Shown here: positions 26,022 through 37,190 of the stretch, one piece after another
Position numbering within the stretch: position 1 is the first letter of the stretch
How the letters are laid out: every line of letters begins with the position of its first letter
Source of the DNA: Vitrella brassicaformis CCMP3155
Taxonomy: Eukaryota; Protista; Chromerida
Direction of reading: 5' to 3'
Assembly: GCA_001179505.1 (NCBI GenBank)
Contig: CDMY01000305.1
Coordinates: forward strand, 434,001 to 498,000
Length of the DNA stretch: 64,000 nucleotides
Notes under the pieces: generated by a model
Database searches by the model: none
Told to the model about the DNA's origin: nothing
The model's input: the letters and a program-made list of their open reading frames with translations, nothing else
Made by a program: the position numbers and the translations under genes

Positions 26022-27124
26022 TCACGCTCTGTGTGTGGGGCAGCTGGGCGACGGCTGCCGGTGGCCCTGGCGCGTACGGGAGTGGTCGAACGAGACCTGA
26101 CACAACACCACAAAGACCCGCCGCACAGCACACACACGTGTGGGTGGGTGGCTGAGCGGTTTGCCATGGCCGTGAGTGGTAACTGACCTTTTCAGCTGTG
26201 TGATGGGGGCTGGGTCTTCCGAGTGCATCACGGAAGCAGGCGGCTCACTCGGCAGCACCGCAGGCAATGCTGGAATAGACGGCAAGGCTGACCAACACAC
26301 ACACACACACACACATTGTACACTCGCATGCCAGGATGCACCTTGGCCACCGCACCGTTCATCGGCGTCTTATCGTTCCGTTGGGGGCCCGTCAACTCAG
26401 CTATGGTGGAGATGGTCTCTGAGAAGAGCGTACACAGGTGACGTAAAGAGCATGGCTCTCGATTCATTGTCCCTGCCACTCCCTACGTGTGTGTTTGTGG
26501 CTTCTGTCGGTGAGGGGCCAGGCGGCCATGTGGGTGGTGCTGGTGCCCCGCAGCTGTGCGTGCAGAGCCTCCTTGAGCAACTGATTCTCCTGGACGAGGG
26601 CATCGTTCTTGCGCACCTGCACACACATACGAGCCATCCATCCATCAGGTGTGTGGGTGGGTCCTCTGTGGGATTGTGTACCAGCTCTTGGTCGGATTCT
26701 CTGCGCTTGTCCTTGCGCAGCAGCATCTCGTAGATCTCACACCGCTCGCGCATCTCATCCTGACAACACACACACACACACACACAAACACACAATGCAC
26801 ACACACGCACAGTACCACCACACACAGCATGGACTGCCGCCCCGTTCCACTCCCTGCCTCACCATAGCTGCCTGCCATGCCTCCCAGCCGTCCGTGAGTA
26901 TGTCCGCCTGCACACCCACCCCCACACACGCCTTCGCAGCCACACGCACTATCGACGCACCGCCACCGAGGCGAGCTGCGGTTAGGGGCGGCGTCAGAGG
27001 ACTCTTGGTCGGTGAGGCGTCCTTCTGGTGCGCTGTGGTCGTGAAGAGTCGGCCGGGGAGAGAGCCGCGATCGCCCATAATGTCAGGGATGGCGAAGGGC
27101 CGGGTGTCTTTGAGAGTCCTGACA

Positions 27125-27157
<33 letters not shown>

Positions 27158-28368
27158 GGATGCATGGGTGTGGATGTTGGGTCTGTTGGTTGATGGTGTT
27201 GGTGTGTACTTGATCTCGTCCTGGAGGCTCTTCTCCTTCTGCAGCCACTTGTCCTGGAGGCGCTTCTCCTTCTGCAGCCACTCCTTCTCTGACCGACAAT
27301 TAATGACACCCAGAATGCGTCCATGGGTGGGCGGGTGTTGTGAGTGTGCTGATACGTGAATGCCTACCCTCCCTGTCGCGCTCTCGTTTGCTATCATTGT
27401 CGACCTTCTCGGCACCATCAGTCCGTCCGCGATGGTAGATCAACACACGCTCTGTGTCCGTCATCTGCTTGGCCTTATCGAGCTCGTCGTGCAGGGCTTG
27501 GTTCTCCTGACGTAGGGTCGAGTGCACACACAGGTCTCATTCTGCTGTTGATGCACACTTGCGTACCTTTCTCAGCCTTTGGCCGGTGTCCTCGCTGCGG
27601 CGTATGGCGTCACCCCTCTCCCTCAGGGCGGCCCGCAGCTGCTGCACACGCGACTCCTTGGCAGCCAACTTGGCAGCGCTGCATGAGTGGATGGATACAC
27701 AGACACATGGATGGATGGAGAATGAGGAGGGGCGCGGTGCGTACCATGTGTGTTGCAGCTCCTTGTACCATCTGTCCTTGGTATCCAGCTGCCGCTTCAA
27801 CTCCGCGATCTGATGAGTGACGCACACACACACACACACACACGCACACATCAGCACACACACAGCACAAAGCATCAACACACGTGGCCACAGTCGTCAT
27901 GCCCACCTGTACATAGGCCTGTTCCCGCGCCTCCTTCTCGGCCGCCTTGCTCAGCTCATGATCCCTCGCCAAGTCCGCACACCGCCCCGCCTCCATCTGC
28001 GCCGCCCTCTCACGCTCGGCGCGATGCATCTCTGTCAGATCCTGCGTCGGCGGCAGATCATCCCGCCGCACCGACTGCACCCACGGCATCCTCTTCTCCC
28101 CCTCCCTCGCCCTGTCCATGCTCGGCCCCCCACCGCTGCCGGCCTCATGACCACGACCATGCAGCAGCGAGCCCTGCGACGGTGCCTCGGCCATTTGCCG
28201 CTGCTGATGCTGCTGCTGCTGCTGATGGTACTGGCCACCGTGGCTCACAACTCCATGATGATAGCGGATAGGTAAGGGAGATACGTTATGGCGCTGGACG
28301 GCGTTGCGCATGGGGGAGGGGTTGACTGGGATGAACGACGAGTGGGGCGGGGGCGAGGCTACGGCCAT
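26022..28368 (-). CDS. Hypothetical coiled-coil protein
   Basis: ATG at 28368 (MAVASPPP). Exons read IAELKRQLDTKD, LRQENQALHDELDKAK, SEKEWLQKEKRLQDKWLQKEK and ALVQENQLLKEALH. The 3' end is approximate. Confidence 0.6.
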
Positions 28369-28735
28369 GTTTGAGTAGGGAATGAAGGCGGGAGGGGTGA
28401 CGTGGCGACCTGCAATGGATAACGACGAATCCAGTGAGAAACGCATGTGCATCCACTGTGCGTCTGGTGGGTGAGGCTGCTTACCATCCCGAGGCGTGTT
28501 TGGCGAAGGCAAGTGACCTGCCACCATCGTAAAAGGACAACGTCAGTCACGTGCATTTGATGGATGCATCCGCAGAGGAGCTCCTCATCTAGTACTTGAT
28601 GCGATGTATTCCCTCCCGCGCATGAGCCCGACAAAAAAGGAAAGCGCGACTTTCGCTAGGGTTCCCCAACCCTAGACCCCGAGCCTGGTCGAACGAATCG
28701 CTTTCAAGTGGATCATCCTGGCTCTTCATCTCCAG

Positions 28736-30397
28736 ATGCAGCAACAGCAACAGCAGGAGCAGGAGCAGCATCCCTTCTCGTATATCTTCGTTGGCCGCCG
28801 CACCTTCTACGTCTTCAGCAGCATCAAGGACATCGTGCGGCTGAGGGCCACCTGCACATGGCTCAGAGAACTCTTCGGAGCGGCGCAGCTGCGAGATCGG
28901 CTTCGCCACTCTGTCGGCTCAGTAAGCCCAGCGAGCAGCAGCAGCACCCCGTGTCATACCTATGTGTCGGCCGGAGGAGCCGCTACCTCCTCAGCATCAA
29001 GGACATCGTGCGGCTGAGGGCCACCTGCACCTGGCTGAGAGAGCTCTTCGGAGCGGCACAGCTGAGAGATCGGCTCAGCCACTCGCTGGGCTTACAGGCG
29101 GGGCTGCGGCGGGTGGTCAACGGGCAGCAAGTGCAGCTGCTGCGGTTCGACGACGACCACTTCGGCACATATGATCTGCTGGCGGCTGTGTGTGTGATGG
29201 AGGAGGGGAGCTGGGTGGAGATCGGCGAGATCATTGATTGGGCGGGGCAGTGCGGCAACTGTGACCTGCCGGTGACCCTCATGGCAGATGACATCAACAC
29301 ACACGGCGACAAGACGGTAAGACACACACACACAGGGGGTGGGAGAGAACAGAGAGGCCTCATCCATTCCCTCTGTGTCTGTCTGTGTGTGTGTGGTCCT
29401 GCGTGTAGGCGTATAGTTCGGTAGCTCGTGTGTTGGCGCAGCTGATGGTGGTCGGCCGCCACGTTGTTGGCCTGCAGATCTTCGGCCATGCCAACGGTGA
29501 GGTGCGGGCCATCGTCAACCCGCCCCTCCCTCCCCACCATCTGTATCAGCGGCACCGCATTCAGCATGACCCACCAGTGGCCAGCGACCTGTGCGAGTAT
29601 GCGTCTCTGTCGTCGTTGGCCAAGTGCAACATCCTCAGCCTCTTCGCCTGCACTCACCAGCCCAATCGCACATTGACTAGACTCTACAGGTAACACATCA
29701 ATGGCATCAGTGGGTGAGGGTGTGTGTGTTTGATTGTGTGTGTGTGTGTGTGGTTGGTTCAGGCGTGTTGGTGGCGGCCGTCTGGATGGCCTCCTCAACC
29801 AGTCGCCCCACACACCAGTGGCCGGCTGCACCACCACACTCAGCTGTCACGGCAATGTGCGGTGGCTGGTGCTCACCAACAGCAGCGACCCCTTCGTCGC
29901 ATGGATTACCATGACGGATCGAAACAACCTCAGTCAGGCCGGCAGATAGACGGCTCTGCTCGTCAAATGTTATCACTGTTTTTCTCTTTCTGACTGTCTG
30001 CAGTGAGTGTTGCTGTCATGACGACCGAGGCGCCCGTGGCGTGTGAGAGCAGTGCCTTCAAGGACCGCTTCCCCGTCACCACTCAGCTGGCCCGTGTGAC
30101 TCTGGGGCGAATGGCGCCATACGTCTTCGACGGACAAGTAGACGATGACAGCGACGATGACAGCGACGGTGCGGTCAGGGGAGGGAGGGACACACACATG
30201 GTGGCGATGGATGGATGGATGGATGGATGGATGGCATTTTGTCTCTGTCTGTCTTTTTGTATGGTGTAGATTTCGACGGCCATGGCGGCGGTTGGGATGA
30301 TATGGACGACGACAGCAACGGAGAGGGCGGCGGAGGTATACGGGAAGGTCAATCCGCATCACTTAGACGTCTGTGTGTGCCCGGGGATGGTAGGTGA
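28736..30397 (+). CDS. Member of a lineage-expanded hypothetical gene family (MQQQ..SYIFVG..KDIVRLRATC type)
   Basis: Blocks IKDIVRLRATCTWLRELFGAAQLRDRL, LLRFDDDHFG..LLAAVCVMEEGSW, SPHTPVAGCTTTLS and TTEAPVACESSAFKDRFPVT. I recall these from Vitrella paralog families but did not verify this by search. Confidence 0.65.
28760..29097 (+). repeat. Tandem imperfect duplication of the roughly 165-bp N-terminal coding module
   Basis: Copy 1 spans about 28760-28921 and copy 2 about 28936-29097. The shared core agcatcaaggacatcgtgcggctgagggccacctgcac..ctcttcggagcggc..gatcggct is nearly identical. Confidence 0.95.
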
Positions 30398-31794
30398 GGA
30401 TGCATTTGCCGACGAGGGGAATGGGGACTGATCAATCCAACCAGTCCATCAATACCGGGACACCACAGGTACACACGCCACATGGTGCCGCCGAACTTTC
30501 TGTCTGTATGCCATATGCGTCTGTGTTTGTCTTGGCAGAGTGTCTAGATAGCTGTCTGCAGCTGCTGGCTGCCCGAATCGACTCATGGCTGTCTGTAACA
30601 GAGAGAAGTCGTATATCACCTTCTCTGTAGAGAGACCAGCTGACACATGGATGACTCAATGGCTGTGGGTGGGCGACCTGTCTGCCTTGCTCCATCCATG
30701 TGCACTTCCCTCCCTCCCTCCCTCTCTCCCTCCCTCTCCTCCTCTCTGTGTTGAAACTTATGTGTCCTGCTGGCTGGCTTCGTGCCTGGCTGGGTTCGAG
30801 TGTGTTGTGCTCCACTGCTGGCCGGTTTTGACCTTACGCCTCGGCCTCTGTGTGTGTGTGTGTGTGTGTGTGTGAGGCCTGTCTGCCTGACCCGCTGCCT
30901 GGGTGATTCACATGGAGTGAGACCTTCTTACATGGTATTAACGGCACACATACCACCCTCCAGGTTTCTCCCACACCAGTTGGCCAACGAGCTGCATTGG
31001 GCTGACTGCCCGGCTGTGTCTGTGTGTGTGATGGTGTGGATGGACAGAAATCAACACAGGTGTACACACTCCAACATTCCTTGGCTGCCGTGTCCATCTG
31101 TTTTTGCCCCTCCCTCCCTCTCCGTCTGGACGGCTGAGCGGTCGGTGCTTTTGGTGGGCTGATGATTGACATCTTCTCTCTCTCTGAATGGCACAGACAG
31201 ATGTGACACAGACAGACAGACAGACAAACAGACAGGCCGATCGACGCACCACACACACGTTCTTTGTTTGTCCATCCATTGATCCACCTGCGACGCATTG
31301 TTTGCTCCATGCACACACACATCATACATCACACGTACGTGGCAGTGTGTGTTTCACAGTCGTGGTCCATCCACTCACACCATCACATCAGACGGACAGA
31401 CAGACAGACAGACCGACAGGCCGCTTCGATGCAGTCAGTTGGTTTTGCCTACTTGTTGGTTCCCTGGGGCTGTGTGCGGCTCCTGCATGGCACATCCGGT
31501 CATGTATCTGTAAGCATACGCAGCAGCACACCCTGCTTGGTCTGCGTGTGTGTGTCGCTCCAGCATGGGCGTCCCCCTGTGTTCCCTTTTTAGGCATGTG
31601 GCTGCACTTCCCGCATCACCCATATGTTTCCGTGCGCTCCATTATTCAGGCGGCGGAGCCTCACGAATGGACTCCGTATGTCTTTGAAAGATCCATGCAC
31701 GCGCGTGAAAATCAGTGACCCAAAACACATGATCCAGCTCACGTTCGCAAAGCCTGCCTGCCTGTCTGCGTGTCTCGCATGTGTGTTCAGTCAG

Positions 31795-34700
31795 TCAGTC
31801 ATCAAAGTGTCCCTGTTCGTACACTGGCCCCGATGCTCGTGCAGAAAACTGCTGGCGACAGACGGGGCAGAGCCGCTGACTCTTGTCAGGCAACGCCTTC
31901 AGTGACTCGAAACAACCTGAACGAAGCAATGCACACACAGCCTTATCGCCAGCCTTATCGCTTCCCGTGTCCTTCCTGCCTGCCTCCCTGGGTTCTCACA
32001 CGTACCCTTGCAGAGGCATTTGTGTCGACACGGCATGAGCACGACGTCATTTCGCTCGGCAAAACACGCAATGCACCATGTCTCGCTCCGCTTGGCCTTT
32101 TCTCTCTCATCTTCGAGTTGCTGCTGAATCTCCTGGATCTTGATTGCCGTCGCCTTCTCGTGTTTGCGCAGCTATTCGGCCGCCTCCCTCTCCCTGGCCG
32201 CCTTGGCGTCCTCGATCCGGCGCTCGACGTCACGCTGGAAGTGGGCATTCTCCAGGCGTTTCAGGTGCTCTGTGGCTAGCTTTGTCAGCTCCACGAGACG
32301 CTGGCTCTCCCGCAGGGCAGTCTGCTGGAAGGAAGCTACATCCTCGGGTGACTTGAGGGCGTGGAGCTTGGCCTTGGTCAATCTGAAAGACAAAGGAAGG
32401 GACCGTGATGTGTCTGTGTCTCTCTGTGTCTCCGTGTATTTGTGTGTAGTGCATCGCGAGCAGCTGTCATCTACCGGCTTTCTTCGCGTTGTTTGAGCTC
32501 GCTGTTCTGGTCACTTAGACCACAGAGCCGCATCGCGGTCACCTCGCGGCGTGTCACAGCTTTCCCAACCTCACAGGCCAGCCTGAAGCAGCAGCGTGCA
32601 GTCAATGCAAGGAAAGAGCACGTGATCATTGAGTCGCTCACCTGGCGATGTCCTGATTGATATTCTCCAGCTTTTGCGAGGCCATCGCGCACTGGTCAGG
32701 GATGTCAAGATCGCTGCTCTCCAGGTCCTCAAGCCACGCGACGGGAACGGCTGCAGCCGGCTGGATGGATGGCGGACGGATGACAGGGGAGGGAGTCCGA
32801 GCTGCAGGACCAGCTGATGTCGCGTTGGCTGCATTGGGGCCCTTGGTGAGGTGCAGAGCTCGCTGCAAGCACTCGCCGATGACTGACTGCAGTTCATTGT
32901 AGCGGCCGTCTATAACGCTCTGGAACAGCTTGACGTCGTCAGCGGAGGCCTTGAGGGCCAGCTCGTCAACACTTAGGCTGAATGAAGGCATAAAAGGAGC
33001 ATTGATGTGTGTGGGATTGGTGTGGGCCCATGTCTCGTGCGTGTGTGTACATGGGATTGGCCATCTCGAGTTGCTCGTTTTCTTGGATCAGCCGCTGCTC
33101 CTTGGCTTCAGCCTCGTCAGCCATGCCCACCTCTATTTCCAACTTGCGCTCCAGCCTGAGTGATAAATACACTCAGCCTCTCGGTGAGGAAGGCTTTGAT
33201 TGTCATGCATTCCTACCCCTTCTTCTGCGACTCGGCTGCGATGGCATCCGCTTTGATGGCATCCCATTGATTCGCGGCCGCCTGCATCGATGCGACGATC
33301 GCCTTCTGCTCATCAGCAGCAGCGCTGCAGACAGACAAATGAGCATACGCGTGCCGGGTGTTCGGAAATAAAAGGTCAATCCTTACTTGCCAGAACGGAA
33401 GGTGCCAGAACGGGCCGACTCGGGATGGAAAGAAGACCTGAAAGGAAAGAAACGGCAGACGTGGAACAGCCAGATGATCCCGGCCACAGATCATGAGCTG
33501 TTTGCTGCTCTATCTATGGTTACGAGCTTGAGGGCTGCATCGATGGCACATCCTCATCGGCCAGTCTTTTGTTCTTCTTCTTGCCTCTCCTGGTCTTGCG
33601 CCATCGCGACTGGCTACCAGGCAGCCTGGAAACGACAAGAAAGAGCTGGCTGTAGAGTCCTCTTGCAGCCAATCAATGCCTTACTCGTCCGCGACAGTTG
33701 CGTCCCTAGAAGGGCTGCTAGGTGACTCATCCTCGCACATGTCGCCGCGGCATTCCTCGCTTCCTTTCTCTCCCGCGTTAGGTGGACAGTGCGGCGACGC
33801 ATCCTCCGGCCCCCTGTTTTTTCCATACCCTCTCTAACCTTGCGGCTCTCTTTGCGAGCGACGTCAAGAGCCGTCAAACCCCAATCGTTGACAACCTCGG
33901 GGTCGACTCCTCGTTTAAGCAACCACCCGATCATGCCAGACCAGCCATAACGAGCCGCGAGGTGAAGCAGCGAGTTGCCCTTGTGGTCTCGGCAGTGCAG
34001 ACTGAGGATGGGCCCCTGTCTCCTCCCTCCCCTTTTCTTGCCGGTGCCGCGCGTCAGTCCTCGCGCCTCCAGGACGTCGAGGACGGCCACTGCACGTGAC
34101 TGCATCCTCTGGTTGTCGAAGGTTCCTGGTCCAGTCTCAACCGTTATGGGGATGGGATTCTTCTTGCTGCCAAAGGGCTCGTCATCGCCCTCATCTTTCT
34201 GCTGATCTTCTGGGTGGGAAGTGCCACCCTTGTCGGGGCACTTGCCCTTGCTGGCGGCGTTCTTCCGCCCATTCCTTTTGCTCTGGGGACCTGCACCGCA
34301 TAGGGAGACACGAAGTGCCTATCTGCGCATCGATGGTGGTCGATTGACTGACTTGTGTGCACTAATTCGATTGCTGACCTTCTGAGTCCTTTTTGCGGTA
34401 TTTTGGTACCACTAAGGGCGCCCCGATGCAAATGAGCTGCAGAAGGTTCAAACTATCGGCCGAAGACCGGACCCCTGATCGATTCATCATGGAATCACTA
34501 GTGGAATGCGTGTGGTGAAACGGACACGTTTCATTTGCGCGTACCTTTGGATTGCGGAGATGCAGATGCTGCCTGCACCTCAAAGCGGTCTGTGGGATCG
34601 ACCTGCGGCAACTCCAAGAGATAATCCAGAATCTCTGCGGACTGCCACATGGCGGCAGCGGCTGAACAGCAACAGATGATACAACGTACTAGGTTATTAA

Positions 34701-36217
34701 TTCGCGGGACATTCTCGTAGATACCGACGGCGGTTGTTTCCAAGCGCAACTTAGTCGAGCGCTGATCCACCGTATGCTTCTCGTTGACGTTAGCGTTCCA
34801 CTCGACCAACGTCTGCACGCCAGCAGCCATCCAATCGTATTTGTCCACCCCTTTGTACGGTATGCGAAGGTCACCTTGACGACATTTAGGACAGAGTGAG
34901 CAGGCAGATACTCGCAGGGCGATCTCGAAATCGCCTGGATCAATATGGGCGCCCCGGAGTGCAGCATCGAATCTGTCACGTTAAGGCATGGAGAACAAGC
35001 AAGTGAAGGCCAGCCACGCACCAGCCCCCTCCGTCTTACAGATATCGACAAAAGGCTCGCCCTCGAAGCACTCGGCATGACGAGGGCAGAGCTCAGACCA
35101 GCTGAGGACCGTGCCATACCGCGTTCGTATCTGCCCGACGAAGAGCTCCTCATACGCATTTCTCCAGACTGCTGGGCTGATGAGCTTCTCCTGCAGCAGG
35201 GCCTCGAGCGAATGGAAGGACGCATTCACGACACACGAATGAAGGGCTTGCTTGAAGAGGACGCCGTCCATGAAGGAGAGACGGGGGATGAACGGCTTGG
35301 GCAACGCAGAAGCGAGAAGCGCATGGTCTTCTACCAAGTCGAGCTCGTCGACAGGCGTGCGCTGCTCTTGTGGGGCCAATTGATCGTACGCGCACAGCTC
35401 TCTCATTGCCCTCGCCATTGCTTTCGTTTTCCCCTCTTCACAGTAGGCAGCGGCACCGGCGCGCTTTTCTCTCTCCTCGCTGAGAATGCGCCTGTACAGC
35501 CTCTGCATCTGCTCCCGCGTCGGCGTGGAATAGGAAGACGCCTTCTTTGATCGTGCAGCGGGCTTGCCATCGCCAAGAAAGACATCTCTCACGGTCTCCC
35601 GCAGCTCTTTGACCTCTTTTCGGTCTGTCTCTGGTGCCGGCAGAAGCGTTCGATTGTCTTGATCGATGTGGAACCAGTAGAATGTGCTGCCTTGAAGAGC
35701 CTTGTCCACGAGCGTCTTGAAGCAGTCGACCTCGACCATATCCTCAGCTCCACTGTCCAAGTACACGAACTTGCGGCTGTCTCCTTCGTGAATCTCTCCA
35801 AGTGCATCGCAAAGCAGGTTGACCGCCCCGTTGGGCTCTTTCGCCTCTTCGGCTTTCAATATTGAGACTGACACGTCAAGGACTTTTGGTGGAAAAGACA
35901 TAGTCCTCCACGAGGCACTGCAAGAAGCAATGAAGGTGCTGAAGAGGAGATGTGTCTACACTTACTTGTCTTTGTGGCCGTGTCTGTTCCAAGAAATGTC
36001 TCCAACTACGAGGCTCAGCTCGGCGGGCTCATCTTGACGATCTGGATGTACCGACACCGCGACAAGCACATCGTACAATCGACAATGCGTGACGAGCGAT
36101 CGCATGCACGCTGCTTCCGGGTTTCCGCGTACCTGCGTCGCTCCCTCCATCGTTTGCCTCCCCAGCAGGGGGCGACTGTGGTGCTGCTCCTTCCCCTGCG
36201 ACACTGCCCGGCATCAT
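31795..36217 (-). CDS. Ankyrin-repeat plus coiled-coil plus C-terminal C3HC4 RING protein, interrupted by one in-frame TAG at 32172-32174
   Basis: Ankyrin motifs TLVEWNANVNEK, AAAMWQSAEILDYLLELPQVD and GNSLLHLAARYGWSGMIGWLLKRGVDPEVVNDWGLTALDVA, followed by coiled-coil exons. After the TAG the frame continues LRKHEK..WCIACFAERNDVVLMPCRHKCLCK|GCFESLKALPDKSQRLCPVCRQQF..HFDD with TGA at 31797-31795. Some internal exon joins are tentative. Confidence 0.8.
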
Positions 36218-37190
36218 CGACGCCTGAGCCTCAGGACGCCCTCCCTCTAAAGACCGTTCATCAGGCTCCTGACAGACATGAAGGATCTTGTGTCCCGCCT
36301 ACGCAGAGCATTCTTTTGCCTACCTCGTGGTTGTTCTCGCCAGAGCGAGTCGGTTCCTCCATCGTCGCGCGCGAGGAGAAGCGAGCAAGAAGCGAGAGAA
36401 TCGCAGGCTCCGCCCCCTTGGGGGCAGGGCAGTCTCAAGCGCGCAATATCCGCCTCGCAGCAAGGCCCAAAACTGCCGGCCATCAAGACATGCCTTGTTG
36501 CCAAGGCGCTCGGGGTGGCCGCCTTGGACGGCTCGTGCACGCTTCGGGCGGGAGCAAGATGAAGTCAGCCAGTCCCAACCAAGGCACCGACACGTCTCAT
36601 GGAGTCTCAGGGGAGATCGGGGTGGTGCTCAACGTGAAGGACGTCACGCCGAAAAAGGTTCGCATGTGCGCACGCGTCTGTGCACACGTGCCGGACCGAT
36701 GTATGCATGTTGTATCCGATAGTGAAGAATGCCATTGATCACAAATATGAGCAATTCATTGTAGCTCCATCAACACACACACCAACACACACGATAGATA
36801 ATGTGCAGACATGTACAGTACACCACTCACCCACGACTGGCACCCAATACACAGACATCCCTGGCTGTCCCTCTCTAGATCTCTCTCACTCTGATTGTCT
36901 CTCGCCACTCAGCCACCCAAAGATGCACTGAGGAAAACAAGGAGATGAAGGACATGTAGGACCAGAAGCCGGTGGCAAAAGGAGCAAGAGAGAAGAAATC
37001 TGCACTCGATCCCCGAACACACAGAGAAGGAGAGAGACAGCATGCCGAAATGTATGAGCAATGAGTCAATGACCGACAGAGGCATCAATCAAAGAGACGC
37101 AGACACATCAATGCATTCAATGCACACAGGCGGGTAGATAAGTAACCCTTATACTCAACGCACTCTCACACGCAGTTTCATGCATTCACA

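Noticed and set aside
29933-29942. Possible GC donor at 29942
   Set aside because: A canonical GTCAGG donor at 29933 in the same phase explains the junction.
34973-35039. In-frame TAA at 34981-34983 between two ankyrin-region ORFs, resembling a second readthrough stop
   Set aside because: It lies inside a canonical GTAAGA..GACAG intron whose removal restores a sensible frame.
36560-37020. Plus-strand exon-like fragments (MKSASPNQG..DVTPKK then GTTCGC; KEMKDM*DQKPVAKG)
   Set aside because: Too short, with no recognisable homology or consistent exon chain. They may be a gene remnant but I cannot support that.
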